Source: Candidatus Nezhaarchaeales archaeon (GTDB lineage: Archaea; Thermoproteota; Methanomethylicia; Nezhaarchaeales; WYZ-LMO8). From it: DNA of 64,000 nt. Below, in pieces: positions 38,973 to 48,973 of the stretch. The translations under genes and the position numbers were made by a program. The stretch spans positions 320,001-384,000 of the forward strand of contig JAWAKK010000001.1 of the NCBI GenBank assembly GCA_038887515.1, read 5' to 3'. Positions within the stretch are counted from its first letter, which is position 1. Each line of letters begins with the position of its first letter. Below the pieces are notes generated by a model. That model made no database searches, was not told where the DNA came from, and saw nothing but the letters and a program-made list of their open reading frames with translations.

Positions 38973-40163
38973 GTGATGTTTAGATCAAAGGAAAACAAGT
39001 TATGGCTTTTGACCGTGATGCTAGTTGCATATGGATTGGTGTATTTTCATAGAGTCATGGCTGGAGTAATGATGTATGAAATGGTTACTTTCGCCGAGTA
39101 CTACTCGGTAGACCCTAAATACCTTCTCTCGCTTTTTCCTTCAGCCTACTTCTATGCCTACGCCTTAGCTCAACTGTTTGTAGGTAGCTTGGTGGACAGC
39201 TATGGGGTTAAGAGGACTGGAACACTAATGATAGCTTTAATGGGTGCATCTACAGCGTTAATGGTTTTACCGTCTGCAGAGATCCTAGTAGCTGGAAGGT
39301 TCTTAGTTGGTTTAACTGCAGCAGTGGTTTTCGTAGCTTCTCAAAGAGTTGCATCGCTGGGTTTTTCCTCTAAGTCACAGACAATGATAACATCGCTCTT
39401 CTTAATGGTAGGCAACGTAAGTGCATTATTTGCAACTTACCCTCTAAGGCTCTTTCTTTCAGCCTATGGTGTGGCGTCCCTCTTCCTGATGCTAGCTCTA
39501 TTAAGCGTAGCTATAGCACTCTTAACCTTCATCTTTTCAAGAGATGTTGGCACGTCAAATCAAGGAATAGGATTAAAAAGCACTTGGAAAGAGATGCTTC
39601 TCATACTTAAATCAAAACATGCAATAGCAGTAGCTATGGGGGCCGTCGCAACATACGGTACGGGTTTAGCCTTCCAAGCCGCATGGGGTCAAGACTTAAT
39701 GATGGGTCTCTTCGAAATGAGTAAGGAGGCTGCAAGCATGTACTTAATGATTTTAGGCCTAGCTTTCGTTGCAACGACTTTTCCGGCAGCGGCGCTTAGC
39801 GACAGGGTCTTGGGAAGGAGAAAGCCCGTGTTAATAGCGGCTTTGATTCTATCCATCATTGCATGGACGTCTGTGGGCGTAGCGTCCTTCATAAAGTCCC
39901 TCGACCTATTCATCGTAGGCCTACTATTGATTGGGATCTCTATGGGACTTCATGCAGTGTGTCCACCTATGGTTAGAGAGCCTTTTGGACAGGACTTTGC
40001 AGCCACAGCAACGTCAGTCTACAACCTAATACTATTCTCTTGGACTGCGGTACTTCAAAGCATTGAACCTTTAACATCCTCCATGAGCGTTGTGTTACTG
40101 AGCTTGGCAATATCTCTCGTGGGATTAGCGATAGTGTACAAATATGCGGAAGAAGCTAAGTAA
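38973..40163 (+). CDS. MFS transporter
   Basis: YFYAYA..Q..VG.LVD.YG.KR and LSDRVLGRRKP motifs; about 12 TM. Confidence 0.85.
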   Translation: MMFRSKENKLWLLTVMLVAYGLVYFHRVMAGVMMYEMVTFAEYYSVDPKYLLSLFPSAYFYAYALAQLFVGSLVDSYGVKRTGTLMIALMGASTALMVLPSAEILVAGRFLVGLTAAVVFVASQRVASLGFSSKSQTMITSLFLMVGNVSALFATYPLRLFLSAYGVASLFLMLALLSVAIALLTFIFSRDVGTSNQGIGLKSTWKEMLLILKSKHAIAVAMGAVATYGTGLAFQAAWGQDLMMGLFEMSKEAASMYLMILGLAFVATTFPAAALSDRVLGRRKPVLIAALILSIIAWTSVGVASFIKSLDLFIVGLLLIGISMGLHAVCPPMVREPFGQDFAATATSVYNLILFSWTAVLQSIEPLTSSMSVVLLSLAISLVGLAIVYKYAEEAK

Positions 40164-40223
40164 TAAACTCGACTTAACATACAATGGCGTACCCTATAAA
40201 AACCGAAGTAAACGTTATAGTTT

Positions 40224-41291
40224 TCAATTAGAAGCCTTTAAGCCGTTGAGGACTTTGTTCACCATAAAGTCTCTATCGCTCCTCCAAGATCCTTCAGAAA
40301 AAGCTTCATCATAAAAACGATACCTTATGCTGGATTGATAATCGCACCAGAAAACACTCATTTCCTCACAGTAGTCGCGTAAGTGTGCTATTAAGTGAGG
40401 ATAATCAGACGAAGTCGTCATGATGAAGAGGACGAAGCCGTACTGAGTTGGGTAAAACGTACTTTGAAACGGAAGCTTTACTATCGCTGAGGCGACTTTC
40501 ATAGCAGTCTTTATCGAACATTTACACCTCAATATTATGTAAGAAGATATCTGTAGGACATGTAGTCCGGCGAGAACTCTATAGCCTTCTATGACCCTCA
40601 GCCTTTCAAGCCTCTTCCATCTTTTATTTAAATGGTACAATTTAATTCCCACGGCCCTAGCTATCTCACTCCTCTTCCTTAGAATATTCGTAGAGAGCTC
40701 TCTAAGGATCTTCATGTCGACGCTATCAAGTAGACTTAAAACGTTCCTCTCTCCCTTGGGCTCAAAGGAACTCTCGGAGTTTATACTCTTAGCCCACGCA
40801 TCCCAATCGAACTTCCATCCGACATTAGGCTCGTAAAAGGAATAATCCGCTTCAGACCCGACCGGAAAGCATAGGGGGCTCTCAAGAAGCCACTTTCTTA
40901 CAATCCCCTCTTTTGAGAGTTCCTCCAACAATTCTACAAGTAGGTAAGTAGTATCGGAAGGTATTTGGAAGATCGCAAAAATACCGTTAATCGATCCGAA
41001 ACATCTCACCCGATAATGAGTGTACGGATGAATGTCGCATACCCTCTCAAATGCTACTACTTTGTCTGCTGGAACGTCAACAAAAACTGGCGTCAAGCTA
41101 AGACCGAGAGAATGAGGATTTATTCTTGCCGAAACACCATATAGGAGCCCGTTGTTAAACATTTCTTCAATTTTCTTCCTCAAAGAAATGGGAGAGAGAC
41201 CCACCTCCTTACTTAGGTTTCTTAAGGAAGCTTTCGGCTTCTTACCCAATATGGATAGGATTCTCAAGGAGAGAGCGTCGACGTGTTCCAT
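40224..41291 (-). CDS. Regulator with two Lrp/AsnC-like HTH modules
   Basis: DALSLRIL..L...P.ASL..LS..VGLS at the N-terminus and LDSVDMKILRELS.N......IA..VG internally. Confidence 0.7.
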   Translation of the reverse strand: MEHVDALSLRILSILGKKPKASLRNLSKEVGLSPISLRKKIEEMFNNGLLYGVSARINPHSLGLSLTPVFVDVPADKVVAFERVCDIHPYTHYRVRCFGSINGIFAIFQIPSDTTYLLVELLEELSKEGIVRKWLLESPLCFPVGSEADYSFYEPNVGWKFDWDAWAKSINSESSFEPKGERNVLSLLDSVDMKILRELSTNILRKRSEIARAVGIKLYHLNKRWKRLERLRVIEGYRVLAGLHVLQISSYIILRCKCSIKTAMKVASAIVKLPFQSTFYPTQYGFVLFIMTTSSDYPHLIAHLRDYCEEMSVFWCDYQSSIRYRFYDEAFSEGSWRSDRDFMVNKVLNGLKASN

Positions 41292-41365
41292 AAAACCTCG
41301 CCCTTAAAGTTGTGGACAACGTACGCTTACGGATATTGTAAATAAAAGTTAAATGAATTAATGAT

Positions 41366-41803
41366 TTATAAGAGATTTGGGACACCCGGTGTGCCACCAC
41401 CAGGGGGATCAAATTTAAACGTCGCTTTTGCCGTTAGATCGCCACACGTCGCAGTAACCTCAATGACGTAGAGACCTTTAACGGTTATACAGTCCTCAAA
41501 CACGTACGAGTAGGGTATCTTTGTCACTCCATTAACACTTGGGCACTGAAGTACAAGCTGCCCTTGTGCTACCTTCTCACCATCACGTGAAAGGACAATC
41601 GTAACGTAGACCTCAGGGTTTCCCTCTACTCCTTGTAGGAATACTTTACCGCTTACAACAATATCATCGCCATTAGCCTTAGCATGAACGTTGACCTTAA
41701 CAAACGTCTTACTTGCCAAAACCATTGGAGCAACGCTCAATAAAAGCACGACAAGTGTAATGCTGAACAATGCAACTCCTAAGGTCCTACCCTTACCGTT
41801 CAC
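41366..41803 (-). CDS. Secreted beta-sandwich-like hypothetical protein
   Basis: Signal peptide ending VLA-S; beta-rich; ends in DPPGGGTPG. Confidence 0.65.
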   Translation of the reverse strand: MNGKGRTLGVALFSITLVVLLLSVAPMVLASKTFVKVNVHAKANGDDIVVSGKVFLQGVEGNPEVYVTIVLSRDGEKVAQGQLVLQCPSVNGVTKIPYSYVFEDCITVKGLYVIEVTATCGDLTAKATFKFDPPGGGTPGVPNLL

Positions 41804-41846
41804 AACCCCACCTCAACATTTATCTAATTGTCAATTTACTTAAATA

Positions 41847-41868
41847 TTTTTGCATTTTTATGCAAAAA
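41847..41868. promoter_or_regulatory. Palindromic operator TTTTTGCAT-N4-ATGCAAAAA
   Basis: Perfect 9-bp arms upstream of 41803(-). Confidence 0.6.
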
Positions 41869-42082
41869 GTACATTAAATAGTTGTATAAATATGCCAGGT
41901 AATACCAGAGTAATACCGTAATCCTCGCATTTTTGTAGGCTAGGAGCGGTTTCTTAAATGCCTTCTTTCTGAATATCGCATAGCGCCAACGCCAAAATTA
42001 ATGTTAAGAATAAGGTTCTGATAACCTTTAAAATTTAACTTCGCAACGCTTAGACCTTTATGTGTATAATTCATTAATGCTC

Positions 42083-42120
42083 TATATAAATTCTTGCATT
42101 AAAATGCAAAAATTTATATA
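42083..42120. promoter_or_regulatory. Long palindromic operator overlapping the pilin promoter
   Basis: TATATAAATTCTTGCATT-aa-AATGCAAAAATTTATATA, 17/18 arm match, with the same TTGCAT-N4-ATGCAA core. Confidence 0.65.
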
Positions 42121-42177
42121 TAGTACCTGACTAATTTGAAAAAGAAAACAAATTTTTTATGGAGGTGGAGGTGATCT

Positions 42178-42693
42178 ATGAGTAAGAAGCCAAGAAACAT
42201 CAGGAAAGCTGTGAGCCCGGTCATCGCGACCATAATTATCGTCGCAGTGGCCATAGTTATGAGCATAGCAGCAGCATACTGGGTAATGGGTCTTACAGCT
42301 GGCTTTACTAGATATGAAAAGCTAGAGTTTGTAAGTGCATATCCAATTAAAGATGGGAAGTGCTTTAACATAAGCATCACTGTAAAGAACACGGGGACTT
42401 CGCCAGCGACGATAACCAAGTTCCTTCTAAATGGTGTCCCAGACGACATTATACTTGCGGAAAATGATCATGAAAAATTCAAAATATACTACTACAATGG
42501 CACAAAATTCGAAGAATTCAAAGTGGGCAATAATGAGATTACAATAAACCCCGGCGAGTCCGAACATCTTAAAATATCAATAAGCGATGGAGCAAAGATT
42601 GGTGCTGGAACAACCACTTCAGGCCTCACTTTAGAGGTGACAATTCAGACTGCGAACGGTTATCAGTATTCAAAGAGCATCGTCTTACCTTAA
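42178..42693 (+). CDS. Probable major type IV pilin
   Basis: RKA|VSPVIATIIIVAVAI class III leader; ITVKNTGT and I.PGES motifs; strong GGAGGTG RBS. Confidence 0.9.
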   Translation: MSKKPRNIRKAVSPVIATIIIVAVAIVMSIAAAYWVMGLTAGFTRYEKLEFVSAYPIKDGKCFNISITVKNTGTSPATITKFLLNGVPDDIILAENDHEKFKIYYYNGTKFEEFKVGNNEITINPGESEHLKISISDGAKIGAGTTTSGLTLEVTIQTANGYQYSKSIVLP

Positions 42694-42721
42694 GACTGCG
42701 CTAGACAACTTAGCATAAGGT

Positions 42722-42731
42722 CATTTTTTTA
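42722..42731 (+). terminator. Possible oligo-T terminator after the major pilin
   Basis: T7 run about 30 nt after the pilin stop codon. Confidence 0.35.
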
Positions 42732-42796
42732 TGACTTTTGCATTCTAAACTTTCACAATAATTAATGATTGCTTAAGAAGGTGGGGTAAAAGATCC

Positions 42797-44383
42797 TTGC
42801 CCCTAAAATTTAAGAGGTTTTTTGTAAAGGAGACCGCCCCTCCACATGTAGTCGCAATTTTTTCTAGGCTTCCTACGGAAGCAGAGGTTGTAGAATCCTA
42901 CTTTATTTATCCCCCTTTTGCTAAGGTCATTATAGCGTCTCTGCCCGAACTTGGCGGCGAGAGAGCATACTTCGTAGAGGAAGCCGAGCTATCTAGAGAA
43001 GAGCATCTCATATTTAGTAGATTGATCGAGATTATGAGCGTTGAAGTTGAGCCGCCAAACGAAAACGAAGACCCATACGTACACATAGAACGAGAAGCAA
43101 CTAGGTTAGCTAAAAAGTATGGGTTAACCAAGCGCATTAAGAGGCTTGACGAAGATTCTTGGTTGAAGATTCTATATTACCTTAAGAGGGATCTAATAGG
43201 ATTCGGCCCGCTTCACGTCATAATGTGCGATAAAATGATCGAAGATATATCCGTTAACGGTGTGGACGTACCAATTTACGTTTGGCATAGAAAGTACGAG
43301 GGAATGGCGACCAACGTCAGGATAATCGACGAGAAGACACTTGATGAGCTCCTATTAAAGCTAGCGCATATAGCACAGAAGCACATTTCCACAGCCTTTC
43401 CAGTTCTTGACGCTATGCTTCCAACAAAGGATAGGCTTGCGGCGACCTTTAGGCGTGAAGTCTCGCCTAGAGGAAGTACCTTCTGTATAAGAAGGTTTAG
43501 GGAGGAGCCCTTCTCGATAATAGATCTAATAGAGCTAGGAACTATGGATGAAATGCTCGCAGCGTACTTTTGGCTTATGGTGGAAAACAGGATGACAGCA
43601 ATGGTGATAGGTGGAACTGGGGCTGGAAAGACCACTACACTTAACGTCCTTGTAAGTTTAGTTAAGCCGTCAATGAAGATAGTGACGGTCGAAGAAATAC
43701 CCGAACTCATGCTTCCACACAACAATTGGGTCCAATTGGTCAGTAGAACGAGCTACGGGCTCGGTGCGTCGAGGATAGGTGAAATTGGGCTCTTCGACTT
43801 AGTTAAGTTGTCCTTACGTTACAGGCCAGACTATATTATTGTAGGTGAGGTTAGGGGCGAAGAAGCATTCGTACTGTTCCAAGCGATAGCGACAGGTCAC
43901 GGAGGCTTAACAACGATTCATGCCGAGAACTTAGAGCATGCCATAAAGAGGTTGACGAGCCCGCCAATGAATATATCTGAGAGCTACATACCTTTAGTTA
44001 ACGTCGCTATAGTGCAGGGGAGAGTTCAGTTATTTAGACCGCGAATGGGGTTAACCTTTGGTAGGAGGATTCGCGAAGTCTACGAGGTTGTCGACTACGG
44101 CAAATATGAGTTAATATCTTCGTGGAATCCTCTAGCCGATTCATTCATTCACAACTTTAAGAGGAGCGAGATGCTTAGAAGGATAGCTGCAAAGCATGGC
44201 ATAGGCTTAGAGGACGTCTTAGAAGAGCTTAGTAAAAGAGCTATGCTTCTTCACGAGTTAAAGGTCCGGGGCATAAAGAGCAACGAAGACGTTAGAGCTG
44301 AAGTGACTAAGTATCGCTTGTTGAACCCGTTTCCAGCACTATTTGCACAGCGGGGGTCAGCTAAAGAATGCCATCGTTCGTAG
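42797..44383 (+). CDS. Type IV pilus assembly ATPase (VirB11/ArlI-like)
   Basis: IEDISVNG, Walker A GGTGAGKTT, LRYRPDYIIVGEVRGEEA and TGHGG.TTIHA motifs. Confidence 0.93.
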   Translation: MPLKFKRFFVKETAPPHVVAIFSRLPTEAEVVESYFIYPPFAKVIIASLPELGGERAYFVEEAELSREEHLIFSRLIEIMSVEVEPPNENEDPYVHIEREATRLAKKYGLTKRIKRLDEDSWLKILYYLKRDLIGFGPLHVIMCDKMIEDISVNGVDVPIYVWHRKYEGMATNVRIIDEKTLDELLLKLAHIAQKHISTAFPVLDAMLPTKDRLAATFRREVSPRGSTFCIRRFREEPFSIIDLIELGTMDEMLAAYFWLMVENRMTAMVIGGTGAGKTTTLNVLVSLVKPSMKIVTVEEIPELMLPHNNWVQLVSRTSYGLGASRIGEIGLFDLVKLSLRYRPDYIIVGEVRGEEAFVLFQAIATGHGGLTTIHAENLEHAIKRLTSPPMNISESYIPLVNVAIVQGRVQLFRPRMGLTFGRRIREVYEVVDYGKYELISSWNPLADSFIHNFKRSEMLRRIAAKHGIGLEDVLEELSKRAMLLHELKVRGIKSNEDVRAEVTKYRLLNPFPALFAQRGSAKECHRS

Positions 44384-46119
44384 GCCTAGCGTATCAAGGT
44401 TTCTCCTGGCTATCGAGCATCTTAATGAAACTACTCTACCGTGGAGAACCTTCGAGATTGAAGGGGCTGCTGGAAGTTGCCGGAATAAAGATGTTTCCAG
44501 AAGCCTACCTCTCTATAATTGGCTTTTTGTTGTCAGTGTCTACGATAATCTCAGCGACCCTAACACTCCTTACGGGCTTCTTTCCGGTATTATTTGTACC
44601 AATATCTGTTCTTTTAATCGGTTATATGGTACCAAAGATCAAGGCTAAGGATAGAGCGGCAAAATTGGATATGGAGGCACCATTCATGGCCGCATACGTG
44701 AGCGTCATGGCTACTGGCGGGCTTTCACCATTCTTAAGCTTAAAGAGACTAAAGGACTGTAAACTTCTCCCCAACACCTCTAGTACGGCGAAGCAGATTG
44801 AAGTAGATGTACATTTAAAAGGAATGGATCCTATAGCAGCAATAGAGAAATATGCTGAAAAATCTCAGTCGAAAGAGTATAAGGAATTCCTCTTAGGTTA
44901 CGTTCAGACGTTAAGAGCAGGTGGAGACGTTGTACACTACCTCTTAACGCGTACTGAAATAATGTTTAGGGATCTGGCAGCCAAAATAAAGATATTTGGA
45001 GAAAGGGCAGCGATGCTCTTGGAGTCATACGTTGCTTTAACTATTCTCGGAACTCTCGGCATAAGCATAGTATACCTCACCTCCATAGCATTTCGGGGCT
45101 ACTGGCAATCTGGCTTCACGGCAGAAAACTTCTTACTATATTCTTACGTGATTGTGCCAGCCATCTCGGCGCTATTCATGTATCTATCCGACTTATCTAG
45201 CTTCCAGGAACCCACATATGAAACCACGCCATACAAAATTCTGATGGCATCATTACCCGTAACGGTGTTCCTCGCATTCACGATGTTCCTCCCTTATATA
45301 GTTCTTGAGCTGGAGTCCATACCTCTAGTAAGTCAGTTCAAGGGCTTCTTGAACTCCCTCAGAACGCTATTAGGGCTGGAAAGGGGGTTGGAGCCCGCCC
45401 TAGGGCTTGGAATAGCGTTGATCGCTGGAACTCTTCCAGCGGCAATAGCTCACAGTTACTACGACCGCAGTAGGGGTAAGAGAATAATTAGCGAAGTAAC
45501 GAACTTCATTAGAGATGTAACCGAGATAAGAAAGACGGGGATATCGCCAGAGTCATGTATAATTCAATTGTCATCTAGACCATATGGCGTACTAAATAAG
45601 TACTTAAAAATCGTTGCAAGACAGATCCGATGGGGCCAGCCCATAAGGGTCATATATGAGTCTCTGAAGAGGCGAATAAGATCTTGGTATGCTTTAATGA
45701 ACCTCTACCTCTTAGTCGATGCGATAGAGATTGGTGGAGGAAGCCCAGAGACTCTCGAGACTGTGGCTAAGTTCGGTGAAATCCAAGCATCCCTCGAAAA
45801 GGAGAAGAGATACGCAATTCGTCCACTAGTAGTGATGCCTTACATAGGGGCAATTCTAATGATCTTCTCTACGTTAGTAACCGTCAACTTCATGAACTCT
45901 GCAGTCATGTCAGTAGCACGCATGTCGATACCATTTGCGCAGATGTTGACGATTATAGTTCCAGCTTTGGTCTTTCAATCGTATTTGATGGGGATCGTGA
46001 CGGGGAAGATAGGTTCCGGGAGCATTTCGGCTGGCTTCTGGCATGCAATAACGCTTACATGCATTGCCATTCTTTCAACAGTACTCATGCACGCGCTTGG
46101 TGGAACACTTCAATTCTAG
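44368..46119 (+). CDS. Pilus platform protein (TadC/ArlJ, type II secretion F family)
   Basis: Two T2SS-F-like cytoplasmic domains separated by TM helices; directly follows the ATPase. Confidence 0.88.
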   Translation: MPSFVGLAYQGFSWLSSILMKLLYRGEPSRLKGLLEVAGIKMFPEAYLSIIGFLLSVSTIISATLTLLTGFFPVLFVPISVLLIGYMVPKIKAKDRAAKLDMEAPFMAAYVSVMATGGLSPFLSLKRLKDCKLLPNTSSTAKQIEVDVHLKGMDPIAAIEKYAEKSQSKEYKEFLLGYVQTLRAGGDVVHYLLTRTEIMFRDLAAKIKIFGERAAMLLESYVALTILGTLGISIVYLTSIAFRGYWQSGFTAENFLLYSYVIVPAISALFMYLSDLSSFQEPTYETTPYKILMASLPVTVFLAFTMFLPYIVLELESIPLVSQFKGFLNSLRTLLGLERGLEPALGLGIALIAGTLPAAIAHSYYDRSRGKRIISEVTNFIRDVTEIRKTGISPESCIIQLSSRPYGVLNKYLKIVARQIRWGQPIRVIYESLKRRIRSWYALMNLYLLVDAIEIGGGSPETLETVAKFGEIQASLEKEKRYAIRPLVVMPYIGAILMIFSTLVTVNFMNSAVMSVARMSIPFAQMLTIIVPALVFQSYLMGIVTGKIGSGSISAGFWHAITLTCIAILSTVLMHALGGTLQF

Positions 46120-46137
46120 CAAAGGTGGTGAGGGTTT

Positions 46138-46905
46138 TTGAATCTGTTGGAAAGACGGAACGTTAAGGAACTTCTAGAAGAAAAAGGTACTTCGCTTGTT
46201 GTATCTTTGGTGATAACATCTGCGACATTGTTAATTGTTGTAGTATCGTCCTCATTTTTTGCAACGAACTTGCTGGAAGTCCAAGTTCAAAATTCGGAGT
46301 TCGAGCAGGCTAAGACTGCAATGCTGCTTCTCGACAGGGTAATAACTGATGTATCCTTGAGACTTGGGGCAGCGAGCTCCATCCCATTCAACCAAAGAAG
46401 TAGTGGAGTAGGTGTGTATAAAGGCGAAACAATGAATATAACAATTTTGTCGGGCTCAAGCGTACTCCTAAATAAGTCCATTAGTTCCTACGTCATTAAG
46501 TATCGTGGAGGAAGGATGGCTTCGGTCGCTGAAACAAATCTGAGAGATCCTGGCGGGTTAATAATCAAAGATCGGTTCAAATCTCTAGGGCGAATCCAAG
46601 TAAAAGTCGAAGAGGGTGCTTGGATAACATTAGACTATAACAGAGTACGGATTGCTGTAAATGAGAACCTTAAAGTCATGGACATTTACTTAATCCGCCT
46701 AGAACCAGGGTCATTCGGCAGTTCCGGAAGTATTATGATTAGAGTTCAAAACAAGGACGTAAAGGTAGAACCAATCTTACTTGGTTGCACAATCGACAAC
46801 CTAAGGGTCCTCGTGACGGTCGGGGACCTCATGGAGTATCAAGATTACTCAAAGGTATCAACGATTAGGATTGTAGAGGTAGTCATAGTAGTATCTATTA
46901 CGTGA
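46138..46905 (+). CDS. Minor pilin-like protein
   Basis: EKG|TSLVVSLVIT...EFEQAK; operon position. Confidence 0.7.
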   Translation: MNLLERRNVKELLEEKGTSLVVSLVITSATLLIVVVSSSFFATNLLEVQVQNSEFEQAKTAMLLLDRVITDVSLRLGAASSIPFNQRSSGVGVYKGETMNITILSGSSVLLNKSISSYVIKYRGGRMASVAETNLRDPGGLIIKDRFKSLGRIQVKVEEGAWITLDYNRVRIAVNENLKVMDIYLIRLEPGSFGSSGSIMIRVQNKDVKVEPILLGCTIDNLRVLVTVGDLMEYQDYSKVSTIRIVEVVIVVSIT

Positions 46906-46915
46906 GGTTAAAGTT

Positions 46916-47449
46916 ATGGTTCACGCATCGGTTCAGCACATCATCGGAACCGTCGCTTTACTAGGTCTCATCTCATCTATAGTCTTGGCATTTCAGATGT
47001 TTATTGGCTTTATCGTAGAAGACACCGTTGGAACTCAGCTAAGCCAAATCGCTGAGTACACATCAATGAGCATAGCTAACATCGTTAGCTTAACCGACTT
47101 CACTTTTGGAATGCTTTCTACGACAGAAGCCGTCTCGAAACGGCTAGGGCTTCCAGCGAGTATAAACGGGAAACCCTACAACTTAACAATAATTGAGAAG
47201 GATGAAGGGTATTACGTTCAGGTAAAAATGGTTGGAAGCAACCTCTATGCAGAATCTCCAATTAGTGTAAAGCTAGCACAGAAGTTTAAGGTATTCTCGG
47301 GAGAAGAAGAACTATTGAACGTGTTAGAAGCATCTCAAGTTGAACCTAAGTATTGGGTTTATGGCGGTAGCCAGAATGTGGTTGTCTGGTGCTTAAAGTT
47401 TGGCGACGTAATGTACGTAGGCTTGGGGCTATCTACGAGGAGGCGATGA
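46916..47449 (+). CDS. Minor pilin-like protein
   Basis: N-terminal hydrophobic helix, QLSQIAEY and LPASING.PY; operon position. Confidence 0.65.
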   Translation: MVHASVQHIIGTVALLGLISSIVLAFQMFIGFIVEDTVGTQLSQIAEYTSMSIANIVSLTDFTFGMLSTTEAVSKRLGLPASINGKPYNLTIIEKDEGYYVQVKMVGSNLYAESPISVKLAQKFKVFSGEEELLNVLEASQVEPKYWVYGGSQNVVVWCLKFGDVMYVGLGLSTRRR

Positions 47450-47453
47450 GCTC

Positions 47454-48491
47454 GTGCAAACATACGAATACATTTTTGCATCGATAATAGTGGTCGCGAT
47501 GCTGATCGCTACAACATCTCTAGCAAGCATAACCCCACAACTTTACATAAGCATGTCCGACGTAGAGCAAATGAAAATGGTTGCCCAAAAATTGATGGTT
47601 CGCCTATTGATGAGCCCTGGAGAGCCGAAGGACTGGGGCGGAAACATCACTATAGAAGCTTCTCGCATATCGTCTTTCGGTCTAGCAACGAATGCGTATT
47701 TTACATGCGATGCATTTACTTTAGACCAAGATAAGGTTCAGAGGTTAAATCAAAGATTGCCGGGCCAATTGTACTTACCGCCCAGAAGGGTGCTAGAACT
47801 ATTGAACATCGACCTAGAGTACGGCTTTAAAATAGAATTCATCCCTGTAATAAGGATAGAAGCTTCCTTAAGATCCTTCAGAGAGTTATTGGTCAATGTC
47901 ACTTCAGAGCAAGGCCTACCGCTTATTCAAGCAAATGTGGTTGCCGGAGCATTTTACGTCAGCAACGGAGAGATAGTAGAAAGTATAGCGACCGGCTTAA
48001 CAGGCCCCCGTGGAAACTGCACGATAAATCTTACCTGTCCTACTCCAGCCCTCTTGATTGTAGCCGTAGACTACTATGGGATCCGAGCAATTAAAGTTAT
48101 TGAAGTGGGAGACCTCCATACTGGCTTCTTCATAGGAAGCTTTTTGATTACCAATGCCTCCCTCAGCGGTGAAGCTTACCAGGTCTCCATAGAGCCTATG
48201 AATGGATCGTTAAGCTTAAGATCCATAAAGAGTCATCTAGCTTTATTCGACGGCTATTGTGTTAGCAACTACAAGTTGTATCGCATGGCTTACACGGAGC
48301 CAAACACCGTGGTGGTTGTAGCGACGGATGAAGACGGCAGATTAATGGCCGCGTGGAAGGGCGTTCCCGAAACGTATGGAACCTCGAGTGGAAGCGTTCT
48401 TTCTCCTTTAGCCTATACACTTGAGAGGAACGTTAAGATTGGGTTTACTGCTTACACGCTTAAGTTGACGGTATGGAGGGTGTCGTGGTGA
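47454..48491 (+). CDS. Minor pilin-like protein
   Basis: MQTYEYIFASII N-terminus; L..SPGEP.DWG motif of archaeal minor pilin-like proteins. Confidence 0.65.
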   Translation: MQTYEYIFASIIVVAMLIATTSLASITPQLYISMSDVEQMKMVAQKLMVRLLMSPGEPKDWGGNITIEASRISSFGLATNAYFTCDAFTLDQDKVQRLNQRLPGQLYLPPRRVLELLNIDLEYGFKIEFIPVIRIEASLRSFRELLVNVTSEQGLPLIQANVVAGAFYVSNGEIVESIATGLTGPRGNCTINLTCPTPALLIVAVDYYGIRAIKVIEVGDLHTGFFIGSFLITNASLSGEAYQVSIEPMNGSLSLRSIKSHLALFDGYCVSNYKLYRMAYTEPNTVVVVATDEDGRLMAAWKGVPETYGTSSGSVLSPLAYTLERNVKIGFTAYTLKLTVWRVSW

Positions 48492-48946
48492 AGGATGGCT
48501 CAAGACTTGGACAGATGAGGATACTCGAAGCTGTAGTGGCTTCGATCCTAATATACATAGCTTTTACGGCGGTCTTCTACATGCTCTTCTCCTCGGAAAA
48601 GTCTTTCAAATACGAGGCTGTTGACCTAGGCAGGCTGGCGTATAATGTACTCCACCGTTTAGTGGAGTCTGATGTAATTGAAGGGATCCTTATCGATGCT
48701 CAAGGTAACGGAACAATGCTTATCGCCGTCCTTCAGGGTCTACTGCCTCAAAACGTACTCTTCAACTTAACGATTTATGAGGTAGGTCATGTAGGTTTGT
48801 GGAATAGGGTGCTTATCATTTCCAATGCTCCTAAGGAAGCCTTTGAAGTAACTAACGAAGTTGCTTCAGCAAGTGCACCCTACACGTCGAGGTGGGGAAG
48901 AATGTACTTCTTATGCCTTAGCCTCACGAGAATTGGTGGGTTATGA
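48473..48946 (+). CDS. Minor pilin-like protein
   Basis: RLG|QMRILEAVVASILI leader; LLPQNV.FNLTIY. Confidence 0.72.
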   Translation: MEGVVVKDGSRLGQMRILEAVVASILIYIAFTAVFYMLFSSEKSFKYEAVDLGRLAYNVLHRLVESDVIEGILIDAQGNGTMLIAVLQGLLPQNVLFNLTIYEVGHVGLWNRVLIISNAPKEAFEVTNEVASASAPYTSRWGRMYFLCLSLTRIGGL

Positions 48947-48973
48947 GATCGTAGAGTCGATGGAGATTGTAGT

